From Thiohalomonadaceae bacterium (GTDB lineage Bacteria > Pseudomonadota > Gammaproteobacteria > Thiohalomonadales > Thiohalomonadaceae), in assembly GCA_041678005.1 (NCBI GenBank), contig JBAYOW010000001.1, positions 24,809-88,808 on the forward strand: 64,000 nt of DNA, given 5' to 3'. The translations under genes were made by a program, and so were the position numbers. Of this stretch, positions 51,986-61,664 are shown one piece after another. The notes beneath the pieces were generated by a model. That model made no database searches. It was not told the DNA's origin and worked only from the letters and a program-made list of their open reading frames with translations. The first letter of the stretch is position 1; every line of letters begins with the position of its first letter.

Positions 51986-52839
51986 CCCCTGATCAATACT
52001 GCCAGCATAAAACCGCCCATAGTGGCTCCAGCTTTTATTACAGTTTTTTGTTTTTACCCGCCGCACAGCGCCGCGCCATCACAGCCCTATATGCCTTTTG
52101 CCGCGAAGTGGATGATGTGGTGGATGAATGTCAGGATACAAAAACAGCACAGACCAAACTTGATTGGTGGGAGCATGAAATTTCCCGGCTCTATGCCGGT
52201 AAGCCACAACATCCGGTTACTCATGCCTTGCAAGCCGTTATTGCTAATTATCGCTTGCCAGAGGAGCAATTTCAGGAAATTATCGATGGCATGCGGATGG
52301 ATCTCAGCCAGCAACGCTATGCCACTTTCAAGGACTTGTCGCTCTATTGTTATCGTGTCGCCAGCGTAGTTGGCCAAATGGCCGCCGTCATTTTTGGCTA
52401 CGAAAATCATCGCACCATGAAATATGCCCATGACCTTGGCATGGCCTTCCAGCTCACCAATATCCTGCGCGATGTTGGTGAAGACGCTGCACGTGGCCGT
52501 ATCTATCTACCACAGGATGAAATGGAGCGTTTTGGCGTTAGTGAAAATGACATCCTGACCAGCTGCTCCTCCGACAAGACCTGCGCCCTGTTTCGTTTCC
52601 AGGCAACAAGAGCGCGTAGGTATTACAATCAGGCGATGTTCCATCTACCCACAATTGACCGCTATCCTCAGCGCAGCGGTCTGATTATGGCCGCCATTTA
52701 TCTGTCCACCCTCGATGCCATCGAACAAAACAACTATCCCGTGATGCACCGGCGCGTGAGCCTGCCTGCCTGGCGCAAACTATGGCTGGCCTGGCGCACC
52801 GCACGCGGCGAGACACGACGCAAACAACAGCAAAAATGA
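51982..52839 (+). CDS. hpnD: presqualene diphosphate synthase HpnD
   Basis: SSFYYSFLFLP, AFCREVDDVVDE, NILRDVGEDA. Start trimmed to MTPDQY; it forms an ATGA overlap with the hpnC stop. Confidence 0.85.
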   Translation: MTPDQYCQHKTAHSGSSFYYSFLFLPAAQRRAITALYAFCREVDDVVDECQDTKTAQTKLDWWEHEISRLYAGKPQHPVTHALQAVIANYRLPEEQFQEIIDGMRMDLSQQRYATFKDLSLYCYRVASVVGQMAAVIFGYENHRTMKYAHDLGMAFQLTNILRDVGEDAARGRIYLPQDEMERFGVSENDILTSCSSDKTCALFRFQATRARRYYNQAMFHLPTIDRYPQRSGLIMAAIYLSTLDAIEQNNYPVMHRRVSLPAWRKLWLAWRTARGETRRKQQQK

Positions 52840-54134
52840 AGCCGGTAATAATCATCGGTGGCGGTTGGGCTGGACTGGCCGCTGCCTGCACCCTGGCCGA
52901 GGCCAGAATACCCGTCCAATTACTGGAAGCTGCACCACAATTGGGGGGCCGTGCCCGCACTGTGCGTCTGGCTGACTATGATGTTGATAACGGCCAACAC
53001 CTGCTCATAGGTGCCTACAGCGAAACATTGCGGCTGCTACACACTATCGGCCTGGCAGAAGAACAGATTTTAGTACGCGAAGCATTGCAACTAGATGTCC
53101 GGCGCAAACCTGCTGCCTTGCACCTGCGCGCACCTCGACTGCCCGCCCCGCTGCATTTGCTCTGGGCCTTGTGGCAAGGCTTGCAAGGACATGAACGACG
53201 TGCGGCACTTGGCTTTTGCCTGAATGCCTGGCGCAATAATTTTCAGCAGCAACCAGATATCAGCGTGGCTGAATTGTTGCAAAAGCAACCTCCCAGTCTG
53301 CTTGATGCCCTCTGGCAACCCTTGTGTCTGGCTACGCTCAACACCCCCGTACAACAGGCCTCGGCGCAAGTTTTTCTGCAGGTGTTGCGTGATGCCTTCA
53401 ACCGCCAGCGTCGGGATTCTGATCTGCTCCACCCACGCACAACACTGAGCCAGGTGTTACCACAACCTGCGCAAGATTATGTCGTGCGTCAAGGTGGCCA
53501 AATCCATCGGCGTTGCCGTGCCCTTGCGCTTGATTTTTCCAACAATGCACCTGCCGTGTCCACCAAACATGGAACAATTGCAGCCAGCCAAATCATCCTC
53601 GCAACCGCCCCTTGGCATGCGGCGAAACTGCTGGCCGATCATCCACAGCTACACGACTTACGACAACAGATTAAATCCCTGGGTTCAGCCCCCATCACCA
53701 CCGTCTATCTGGCCTATCCTACCCACATCAGCCTGGGTCAGAGCATGCTGGGTTTTAGCGGTGGCCTGGTGCAATGGCTTATCGACAGGGGCATACTCTG
53801 CAATCAACCTGGGCTGCTGGCAGCCGTTATCAGCGGTCCTGGCAACCACAACAATATCCCGGCTGAAAAACTTAAGGCACAGGTGGCCGCAGAGATCGCA
53901 GAGCAATTCCCTCATTGGCCAGAGCCATTGTGGTCATACAGGATTCGCGAACAACGTGCCACTTTTTTCTGTGATGTCGACAGCAATAAACGCCGACCAG
54001 CCAATGTCACCGCACAAACCAAGCTATGGTTGGCAGGTGACTATACAGACACAGCTTATCCGGCTACCCTCGAAGGAGCTGTGCGTAGTGGGGTATATTG
54101 TGCACAACAAATTATTCAGACCAGCCGTAGGTAG
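52836..54134 (+). CDS. hpnE: hydroxysqualene dehydroxylase HpnE (FAD-dependent amine-oxidase fold)
   Basis: Dinucleotide-binding IIGGGWAGLAAA and C-terminal LAGDYT...ATLEGAVRSG. ATGA overlap with the hpnD stop. Confidence 0.8.
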   Translation: MKPVIIIGGGWAGLAAACTLAEARIPVQLLEAAPQLGGRARTVRLADYDVDNGQHLLIGAYSETLRLLHTIGLAEEQILVREALQLDVRRKPAALHLRAPRLPAPLHLLWALWQGLQGHERRAALGFCLNAWRNNFQQQPDISVAELLQKQPPSLLDALWQPLCLATLNTPVQQASAQVFLQVLRDAFNRQRRDSDLLHPRTTLSQVLPQPAQDYVVRQGGQIHRRCRALALDFSNNAPAVSTKHGTIAASQIILATAPWHAAKLLADHPQLHDLRQQIKSLGSAPITTVYLAYPTHISLGQSMLGFSGGLVQWLIDRGILCNQPGLLAAVISGPGNHNNIPAEKLKAQVAAEIAEQFPHWPEPLWSYRIREQRATFFCDVDSNKRRPANVTAQTKLWLAGDYTDTAYPATLEGAVRSGVYCAQQIIQTSRR

Positions 54135-54143
54135 AGGAAACCC

Positions 54144-54884
54144 ATGCATAGTTACAAGCCAGCCCCTGATCTACTCAAACAACGTATCATACTGGTCACA
54201 GGCGCCGGTGATGGTATTGGCGCCGCCGCTGCCAAGGCCTTTGCCAACCACGGCGCAACGGTAATCCTGCTCGGACGCAACACGCGCAAACTGGAAAAAA
54301 TTTACGATGAAATCGAACAAAAAAGTGGACCACAGCCCGGTCTGGCAACATTCGATCTGGAAAAGGCCAGCCACGAACAATACCTGGAGCTAGCCGACCT
54401 TCTAGCCAAAGAATTTGGCCACCTGGACGGGATACTGCACAATGCAGGCCTGCTCGGCACCCTGACCCCACTAGCACAGTACGACCTGAAGCAATGGGCG
54501 CAACTCATGCAAGTCAACCTGCATGCACCCTACCTGCTCACCCGCGCCATGCTGCCACTACTTAAAAAATCTGCAGATGCCTCAGTATTGTTTACCAGCA
54601 GCGGCGTCAGCCAAAAAGGTCGCGCCTACTGGGGAGCCTATGCCATAACCAAGGCCGCTGCCGATAACATGATGGAAATCTGGGCAGACGAACTGGAAAC
54701 CAATACCAATATTCGGGTCAACAGCATCAATCCAGGTGCCGTGCGCACAGCCATGCGTGCCCGAGCCTATCCAGGTGAAGATCCCAACACCCTGTCGCGA
54801 CCGGAAGAAATCATGTCTATTTATCTATACCTGATGGGCCCCGACAGCCGTGGCATCACCGGCAAACGCAGCAACGCACAATAA
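54144..54884 (+). CDS. yciK: YciK-family short-chain dehydrogenase/reductase
   Basis: LVTGAGDGIG, a YxxxK catalytic pair (YAITKAA), 246 aa. Confidence 0.85.
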   Translation: MHSYKPAPDLLKQRIILVTGAGDGIGAAAAKAFANHGATVILLGRNTRKLEKIYDEIEQKSGPQPGLATFDLEKASHEQYLELADLLAKEFGHLDGILHNAGLLGTLTPLAQYDLKQWAQLMQVNLHAPYLLTRAMLPLLKKSADASVLFTSSGVSQKGRAYWGAYAITKAAADNMMEIWADELETNTNIRVNSINPGAVRTAMRARAYPGEDPNTLSRPEEIMSIYLYLMGPDSRGITGKRSNAQ

Positions 54885-54918
54885 AAACAACCCGGTTAAC
54901 CAGATCACAGTACGCATC

Positions 54919-54945
54919 AAGCGCAAAAAAGCTCTTGTTGCGCTT
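54919..54945 (+). terminator. possible hairpin terminator after yciK
   Basis: 8-bp stem AAGCGCAA / TTGCGCTT with an 11-nt loop, followed only by TTT. The U-tract is weak. Confidence 0.3.
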
Positions 54946-55152
54946 TACTGGCTATCAGTCATGCGGCAAAGACAGGTACGAATTACCGCTTGCCGCGCAA
55001 AAATGGCAAGTTCTTGCCACCAGAGATGACGTTTTTTTGGCGCAAGCTATAAATACGCCTGTAACAATTTGTTTATAAAGGACAAATAAACCTGGCACGA
55101 AATTGGCATCCGCCTTAACGGTAAAGTCATTTACCGTTGAGAGATAGATACC

Positions 55153-56052
55153 ATGATCAGTCAAGGACTACTCAACACCAGCCACAAATCGACAGTGGCC
55201 AAGGTCGTCAGCCTAGCGCACGCCGCCGATACGCCAGACAGATTACGTCTGATCACCGCGCTGCAAACAACTCTTGATCTGCAACAGATGTTGCATATTT
55301 TCTCTACAAGCATGCAGACTCTGGTACCTCATCAAGGCTTGAGTTACCGGCACCATGGACACAATATCTCCCATGATGTTTGTATGGTTAACGCCCGTCA
55401 TCATCAGTGCACTTATCACCTCAATCTGCCGGATAGCGAGCTTGGCGAGCTGTCCATTAGTCGCGATACACAATTCAGCGAACAAGAGCTGGCACAGTTC
55501 GAATCCCTGTTAGATACACTGGTCTACCCGCTACGCAATGCCTTGCACTACCACGAGGCGCGACTGTCAGCCCATCGCGATCATCTCACTGGCGTGCCCA
55601 ACCGCGCCGCACTGGATGAACAACTGCAACGTGAGGTCACCCACGCCCAGCGCCATCAGCAAGCCCTCTCACTGCTGGTTATCGACATAGACAGATTCAA
55701 GAAAATCAATGACCGGCACGGTCATCTAGCTGGCGATATGGTACTGCGCTCAGTGGCACAACTCATCAAAAAAGGCTTGCGCGAGGATGACTTGCTGTTT
55801 CGCTATGGTGGTGAGGAGTTTGTCGCCTTGTTGCAGGCAACCTCAACAGATGGTGCCGCTATTGTGGCCGAACGCATTCGGAGCCTCATAAACGCAGCAA
55901 TCTGCACCTACGGCGACAAAACGATCAAGGTCACGGTCAGTATAGGCATGGCCACGCTGGCCAGGGAAAGTAGCGACAAGCTGTTCGAACGCGCCGACCA
56001 GGCCCTCTATACAGCCAAACAACAAGGGCGCAATCAGGTGCAGGTGGCTTAA
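55153..56052 (+). CDS. diguanylate cyclase (GGDEF) with uncharacterised N-terminal sensor domain
   Basis: Active site RYGGEEF, with an RxxD I-site (REDD) five residues upstream (nt 55780-55821). The N-terminal ~140 aa look GAF-like. Confidence 0.88.
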   Translation: MISQGLLNTSHKSTVAKVVSLAHAADTPDRLRLITALQTTLDLQQMLHIFSTSMQTLVPHQGLSYRHHGHNISHDVCMVNARHHQCTYHLNLPDSELGELSISRDTQFSEQELAQFESLLDTLVYPLRNALHYHEARLSAHRDHLTGVPNRAALDEQLQREVTHAQRHQQALSLLVIDIDRFKKINDRHGHLAGDMVLRSVAQLIKKGLREDDLLFRYGGEEFVALLQATSTDGAAIVAERIRSLINAAICTYGDKTIKVTVSIGMATLARESSDKLFERADQALYTAKQQGRNQVQVA

Positions 56053-56528
56053 TAACTAATTTTATCTGCCTTGGCTACCCAGGTTGCAAAGGGCAGACTC
56101 GCCTCTTCCGGCAGACATTGCAGCATGGTCAAATAACGTTGTTCAGGCAACAGACATACTTCCTTATAGATCAGCGCATCATCAAAGCCAACCGCTGCCG
56201 CCTCATCACGTGTGGCAGCATAAAAAATACGTCTGATACGCGCCCAGTATGCGGCGGCCATGCACATCGGGCATGGCTCACAGCTAACATACAGATCACA
56301 ACCTGACAGGCTGAAATTATCCAGCTGTTGGCAGGCCTGACGTATGGCCTCCATCTCGGCATGTGCTGTTGGATCCTTGCTGGCGGTCACGCTATTATTG
56401 CCACGCGCAATAATCTGGCCATCCTGTACCACCACTGCACCAAACGGCCCACCCCCCTGCTGCACAGACAGGTTCGCCAGGGCCAGGGCTTCACGCATGA
56501 AATAATGTTGCTGCTCGCTGCAACTCAT
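56049..56528 (-). CDS. guaD: CDA-fold nucleoside deaminase, most like GuaD-type guanine deaminase
   Basis: GGPFGAVVV.DG.IIA.G.N.VT...DPTAHAE ... SCEPCPMC ... GFDD..IYKE, closely parallel to my recollection of B. subtilis GuaD. 159 aa. Confidence 0.75.
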   Translation of the reverse strand: MSCSEQQHYFMREALALANLSVQQGGGPFGAVVVQDGQIIARGNNSVTASKDPTAHAEMEAIRQACQQLDNFSLSGCDLYVSCEPCPMCMAAAYWARIRRIFYAATRDEAAAVGFDDALIYKEVCLLPEQRYLTMLQCLPEEASLPFATWVAKADKISY

Positions 56529-56538
56529 CTCTCACACC

Positions 56539-57189
56539 TCATTCCAGCTCATAGTTGCAGTACGGCTGCAAACCACATGAGCGACACAACGGACGTTTAC
56601 GGCATAACTGCTTGGCATGCATCACGATCAGAGCGTGATATTCATTAAACAATTCCACCTGCCTGTCACAATGAGACAAACCCTGTTCAAAATAATGTCG
56701 CAACTCATCATACTTCTCCAGCCCGGTGATCAGTTGCAAGCGAGAAAATAGCCGACGCGTGTAGGCATCGATAACAAAAACCGGCCGCGCAAAGGCATAA
56801 AGCAGAATATCATCGGCTGTCTCATGGCCTACGCCTTTGACCTCCAGTAATTGCTTGCGCAGCTCTGCTGTCTCCAGATTCTGCAATTCAGTATATCCGC
56901 CAGCTGCCAAATACCAACGACAGTAATTCTTCAAACGGCCAGCTTTGATATTGTAATAACCAGACGATCTGATCCAGCCAGCCAGCGTGGTGTCATCTGT
57001 ATGCAGAATTACCGTTGGTTCCAGTGCGGCATTGGCCTTGAGATTAGTGATTGCCTTCTCAACATTTGACCAGGTAGTGTTTTGCGTCAGGATAGCGCCA
57101 ACCATCACCTCGAACGCAGTTTCAGCTGGCCACCACTGCGTGGAGCCATATGCCTCACGTAGCAGAGTATAGACTTGATATGGTGTCAT
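56539..57189 (-). CDS. endonuclease III-related HhH-GPD protein with Fe-S cluster
   Basis: ILTQNTTW, helix-hairpin-helix LLEVKGVGHETADDILLY, and C-terminal CRKRPLCRSCGLQPYC. Confidence 0.8.
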   Translation of the reverse strand: MTPYQVYTLLREAYGSTQWWPAETAFEVMVGAILTQNTTWSNVEKAITNLKANAALEPTVILHTDDTTLAGWIRSSGYYNIKAGRLKNYCRWYLAAGGYTELQNLETAELRKQLLEVKGVGHETADDILLYAFARPVFVIDAYTRRLFSRLQLITGLEKYDELRHYFEQGLSHCDRQVELFNEYHALIVMHAKQLCRKRPLCRSCGLQPYCNYELE

Positions 57190-58226
57190 GCCTGCTTGCG
57201 ACGTTTAACCATATTTGCAGTTTTCTTGTTGAGTGTGCTTTTTGCAGGTCGTGCTGTATCAGCAGATGTGCGTGTTGGTTTGGCTGTCCTGGTTGAGCTG
57301 CGTGTGACTAGTTCTTTTGTCCCCGATTTGCGTGATTTGTCGGCACCAGCTGACGGTATGGGTGAGCTTGACCAATCATCTATTGAACCCTTGCGACGCC
57401 CGGATTTGCGCTCAACAGATTTGTGCACTCGTGTAGGAGCCACAGGCTTCTTACTGGCTGGCTTTTTGCCAGCAGTTTTTTGTTCTGCAGAAACCAGGCC
57501 AACTATCTGTAGCAAAGCTTGTAATGGCTCGCCAGTCAAGTCTTCATAACGACCCAGGCGCAACTGACGACCCAAGTGTATCGGCCCATAACGGACACGG
57601 ATCAAACGACTGACCGTCACCCCCTGACTTTCCCACAGTCGGCGCACTTCGCGATTGCGACCTTCGCGCAGGGTAACGTGATACCAGTGATTTGCCCCCT
57701 CGCCACCGGCAGCGACAATACTGTCAAAGCCAGCTTCACCATCATCAAGCATCACGCCAGCCAATAAATTCTGGATAATTTCTGGTCTGACCTCACCAAA
57801 TACGCGCACGGCATATTCACGCTCCACCTGACTCGAAGGATGCATCAAACGATTGGCGAGATCGCCATCAGTGGTCAACAGAATAATTCCTGTGGTATTG
57901 ATATCCAGCCGCCCCACGGCGACCCACCGCCCATGACGCAACACGGGCAAGCGATCGAAAATGGTTGGTCTTTTTTCCGGATCGGAGCGGGTGCAAACCT
58001 CACCGGCCTGTTTATGATAAACCAGCACACGGCGCTCCGGACCCTGCAAACTATCCTGAGCGATAATACGCCCATCAAGACGCACCACATCGCCAGGACT
58101 TACCTGATCGCCCAGCTTGACCGGTTTGCCATTGATCGAGACACGGCCGTCAATAATCCGCTGCTCAAGCTCACGACGTGAGCCAAGACCGGCACGAGCC
58201 AACACCTTTTGTAATCTTCCGCTCAA
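57186..58226 (-). CDS. rluB: 23S rRNA pseudouridine synthase RluB
   Basis: S4 domain (RLQKVLARAGLGSRRE), catalytic GRLDINTTG, and a long K/R-rich C-terminal tail. Confidence 0.9.
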   Translation of the reverse strand: MSGRLQKVLARAGLGSRRELEQRIIDGRVSINGKPVKLGDQVSPGDVVRLDGRIIAQDSLQGPERRVLVYHKQAGEVCTRSDPEKRPTIFDRLPVLRHGRWVAVGRLDINTTGIILLTTDGDLANRLMHPSSQVEREYAVRVFGEVRPEIIQNLLAGVMLDDGEAGFDSIVAAGGEGANHWYHVTLREGRNREVRRLWESQGVTVSRLIRVRYGPIHLGRQLRLGRYEDLTGEPLQALLQIVGLVSAEQKTAGKKPASKKPVAPTRVHKSVERKSGRRKGSIDDWSSSPIPSAGADKSRKSGTKELVTRSSTRTAKPTRTSADTARPAKSTLNKKTANMVKRRKQA

Positions 58227-58855
58227 AGCTCTGCTGCCTCAAATGCTGGATCATAGACAACTACAGGCGGCCTGGTTTCTTCGACATCACTACCCAGATC
58301 ACGCAAATCCAGTTCGGCATTGAGCTTGTCGATATCCATCAGCTCCGCCAATGGCGGCAACTCATCCAGACTTTTCAGATTAAAGTAATCCAAAAACTGC
58401 CGCGTAGTGGCAAACATCGCTGGCCGCCCCGGTACATCACGATGACCCACCACGCGTATCCATTCGCGCTCCTGCAGACTTTTGATAATACTGCTACTGA
58501 CCGTAACACCGCGCACATCCTCAATCTCGGCACGCGTAATGGGTTGCCGATAGGCAATCAAGGCCAGAGTTTCCAGCGTCGCGCGAGTATAGCGCTGCGG
58601 TCGCTCTTCCCACAAACGCGAAACCCAGGCAGACATGTCTTGTCGCACCTGAAAACGAAAACCAGTCGCGACCTCTTTTAGTTCAATGCCGCGCTCGGCA
58701 TATTCCTCCTGCAACTGCAAAATAATCTGCAACACTGTATCGCGTGATGGCTGCTGCTCATCATCGAACAAGTCTTGCAGACGCTCTGCACTTAGTGGAT
58801 CGCTGGCAGCAAACAATGCTGCCTCAATGATATTGCGCAGTTGCTCAGTGTTCAT
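58223..58855 (-). CDS. scpB: segregation and condensation protein B
   Basis: IEAALFAASDPLS, LIAYRQPITRAEIEDVRGV. Confidence 0.9.
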   Translation of the reverse strand: MNTEQLRNIIEAALFAASDPLSAERLQDLFDDEQQPSRDTVLQIILQLQEEYAERGIELKEVATGFRFQVRQDMSAWVSRLWEERPQRYTRATLETLALIAYRQPITRAEIEDVRGVTVSSSIIKSLQEREWIRVVGHRDVPGRPAMFATTRQFLDYFNLKSLDELPPLAELMDIDKLNAELDLRDLGSDVEETRPPVVVYDPAFEAAEL

Positions 58856-58867
58856 GCCGACCGCCTG

Positions 58868-59725
58868 TTATTCATATGTATCTGCTTCCATGGTCTTTGA
58901 TGGATATACAACAGCTGTCACGAGCTTGACATGTATGGAACCGAAGGTCTCGGTCTGAATCAATTCCACTAATGACTGTTTGAGCAGTTCAAGGATAGCC
59001 AACAGGGTAACGACCACACCACGCTTGCCCTCATCGAGACGGAACAAGCGCGTAAATTCAGTGAAGTGTTCAGCATTGAGCATCTCCAACACCTGCGACA
59101 TACGCTCACGCACCGATAAAGGCTCACGACTTATTTGGTGGCTGCTGAACATTTCCGCTCGGCGCAGGACATCGGCAAGCGCCAACAGCAAGCCTTTCAA
59201 ATCTACTGGCGGTGGTGTGCGCACCACCTCAAGCCTGGGCAAATCGACAACCAGCGGAAAGGTATCTCGTTCCACACGCGGCAACTCATCGATATCCTCT
59301 GCGGCCTTTTTGTATCGTTCATACTCCTGCAGACGACGCACCAGCTCGGCACGCGGGTCATCCTCATCCTCGTCCACACATGCAGGACGCGGCAACAACA
59401 TGCGTGATTTGATCTCGGCCAGCATGGCGGCCATCACCAGATACTCCGCCGCAAGCTCCAGATTGACTGTCTTCATCAGTTCCACGTATTCCATGTACTG
59501 ATGAGTTACCTCAGCGATGGGGATATCGAGGACATCGAGATTCTGCCGCCTGATGAGATACAGCAACAGATCAAGCGGCCCCTCAAAGGCCTCAAGAAAG
59601 ACCTCCAACGCCTGCGGTGGAATATAGAGATCTTTGGGCAGCTCGGTAATGGGTGAGCCCTGCACAATGGCAAATGGCATCTCCTGCTGCGGACTTATCA
59701 GACAATCTGGCTTGGCTTCACTCAC
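58868..59725 (-). CDS. scpA: segregation and condensation protein A
   Basis: LEVFLEAFEGPLDLLLYLIRRQNLDVLDIPIA. Start trimmed to the GTG at 59725 (AGGAAAA upstream), because the track ORF to 59818 would overlap trpS. The ATG at 59680 is an alternative start. Confidence 0.9.
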   Translation of the reverse strand: MSEAKPDCLISPQQEMPFAIVQGSPITELPKDLYIPPQALEVFLEAFEGPLDLLLYLIRRQNLDVLDIPIAEVTHQYMEYVELMKTVNLELAAEYLVMAAMLAEIKSRMLLPRPACVDEDEDDPRAELVRRLQEYERYKKAAEDIDELPRVERDTFPLVVDLPRLEVVRTPPPVDLKGLLLALADVLRRAEMFSSHQISREPLSVRERMSQVLEMLNAEHFTEFTRLFRLDEGKRGVVVTLLAILELLKQSLVELIQTETFGSIHVKLVTAVVYPSKTMEADTYE

Positions 59726-59735
59726 CTGGGTTTTC

Positions 59736-60953
59736 CTATCGGTAGCCAAGACCCATCGCCTGACGCACTTCTTCAAGCGTTGCCCTGGCCGCACTACGTG
59801 CAGCCTCACCACCTTCACTGAGGATCATGCGTACGCGCTCCGGATCATTACTGAATTCAGTAATGCGCTCCTGGATCGGTCGCAGTTCATTAAGCACGGC
59901 ATCAATTATCGGTTGCTTGCAATCAATGCAACCTATCGTGGCCTGGGTGCAGCCTTCCACCACCCACTGCTTCACATCTTCAGTGGAATATACCTGATGC
60001 AACTGCCACACCGGACATCTATTTGGATCGCCCGGATCAGTCCGGCGAATACGCGCCGGGTCGGTCGGCATAGTACGCAATTTTTGCTCCACAATTTTGG
60101 GCTCATCGCGCAAGGAAATCGTATTGTTATAGGACTTAGACATCTTCTGGCCGTCCAAGCCCGGCATCTTTGAGGCTGGCGTTAACATGGCCTGTGGCTC
60201 TGGCAAGATAATGCGGCTGCTGCCATCGAGATAACCAAACAAACGCTCACGATCGGCCAGGGTTATATTCTGCTGCGACTCTAGCAAGGCACGTCCTGTA
60301 GCCAGTGCTTCATGATCACCCTGCTCGGTATAACGCCTGCGCAAATCGTGATAAAGAGCAGCATTTTTCTTACCCATCTTCTTAATTGCTGCCTCTGATT
60401 TATCGACAAAATCAGGCTCACGACCATAGATATGATTGAAGCGCCGCGCCACCTCGCGAGTGATCTCCACATGAGCCACCTGATCCTCACCCACAGGTAC
60501 CAGCCCGGCACGGTAAATCAGGATGTCGGCACTTTGCAGCAAGGGATAGCCAAGAAAGCCATAGGTGGCCAAATCCTTTTCCTTCAACTTCTCCTGCTGA
60601 TCCTTATAGGTAGGCACACGCTCCAGCCAGCCCAGTGGCGTAATCATCGATAAGAGCAAGTGCAGCTCGGCATGCTCAGGCACGCGAGACTGAATAAATA
60701 TCTTTGCCGAATTGGGATTGAGGCCAACCGCCAACCAATCCACGGCCATTTCCCAGGCCGAGGACTGGATGCCTGAGGTGTCCTCATAAGAGGTCGTCAA
60801 GGCATGCCAGTCTGCAATGAAAAACAAACAGTCATATTCATACTGCAATTTGATCCAGTTCTTCAGCACCCCGTGGTAGTGTCCCAGATGCAAACGGCCG
60901 GTAGGCCGCATGCCGGAAAGGACTCGCTGATGGGAAGAGGCAAGGGAATTCAC
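59736..60953 (-). CDS. trpS: tryptophan--tRNA ligase (long form)
   Basis: SGMRPTGRLHLGHYHG (HIGH region) and KMSKS. Confidence 0.95.
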   Translation of the reverse strand: MNSLASSHQRVLSGMRPTGRLHLGHYHGVLKNWIKLQYEYDCLFFIADWHALTTSYEDTSGIQSSAWEMAVDWLAVGLNPNSAKIFIQSRVPEHAELHLLLSMITPLGWLERVPTYKDQQEKLKEKDLATYGFLGYPLLQSADILIYRAGLVPVGEDQVAHVEITREVARRFNHIYGREPDFVDKSEAAIKKMGKKNAALYHDLRRRYTEQGDHEALATGRALLESQQNITLADRERLFGYLDGSSRIILPEPQAMLTPASKMPGLDGQKMSKSYNNTISLRDEPKIVEQKLRTMPTDPARIRRTDPGDPNRCPVWQLHQVYSTEDVKQWVVEGCTQATIGCIDCKQPIIDAVLNELRPIQERITEFSNDPERVRMILSEGGEAARSAARATLEEVRQAMGLGYR

Positions 60954-60961
60954 GAATACTC

Positions 60962-61657
60962 CTAGGCGTTCATCAAGACAGAAAGCAGACTCATATATAG
61001 ATTTACAGACAGGCCAGAGACTACCGACAACATCACCAGCATCAGCCCGATGGCCGGCCAGAGGATCTTGCCGAGCAGACCAGTAAACATCAACGCCAGC
61101 AGGATAGGAAAGCCATAAGGCTCAAGGCGTGAGACCTTCCAGGACAATGGCCCGGGCAACAGTCCTACCAACACCCTGCCGCCATCCAGGGGCGGCAGGG
61201 GCAGCATATTCAAGACCATCAAAACAGTATTAATGAAGATCCCGGCGACACCGCTATAGACCAGATACATGGCCGCCGCATTACCAGCGCCAAGTTCCAT
61301 GCCGAGTCGTATGATCAGTGCCCAAAATACAGCCATCAACAGATTGGACAAAGGCCCGGCTATTGCCACCAGCGCCATATCACGCTTGGGATGACGCAGG
61401 TTCTCCCAGGTCACTGGTACTGGTTTGGCCCAACCAAACAGAAAACCACCAAGCATCAACAACAACCCAGGCACAAGGATCGTACCCATAGGATCGATAT
61501 GCTTAATGGGGTTTAAGGTGAGTCGCCCCAACATCCTGGCCGTGGGATCGCCCAGCTGCAAGGCCATCCAGCCATGTGCCGTTTCATGCACGGTAATAGC
61601 AAACAAGACAGGCAAGACCCAGACCACCACACGCTGCAAAAGATTCAGTTCATCCAT
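60962..61657 (-). CDS. site-2 protease family (M50) membrane metalloprotease
   Basis: HETAHG zinc motif in the first TM. Polytopic. Start trimmed to MDELNLL; the track ORF to 61726 overlaps yciO. Confidence 0.85.
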   Translation of the reverse strand: MDELNLLQRVVVWVLPVLFAITVHETAHGWMALQLGDPTARMLGRLTLNPIKHIDPMGTILVPGLLLMLGGFLFGWAKPVPVTWENLRHPKRDMALVAIAGPLSNLLMAVFWALIIRLGMELGAGNAAAMYLVYSGVAGIFINTVLMVLNMLPLPPLDGGRVLVGLLPGPLSWKVSRLEPYGFPILLALMFTGLLGKILWPAIGLMLVMLSVVSGLSVNLYMSLLSVLMNA

Positions 61658-61664
61658 GTTCGAA

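Noticed and set aside
57175-57549. A plus-strand 124-aa ORF opposite the 3' end of rluB.
   Set aside because: It is antisense to the K/R-rich tail of RluB, has no RBS, and its hydrophobic or low-complexity translation is typical of mirror-frame artefacts.
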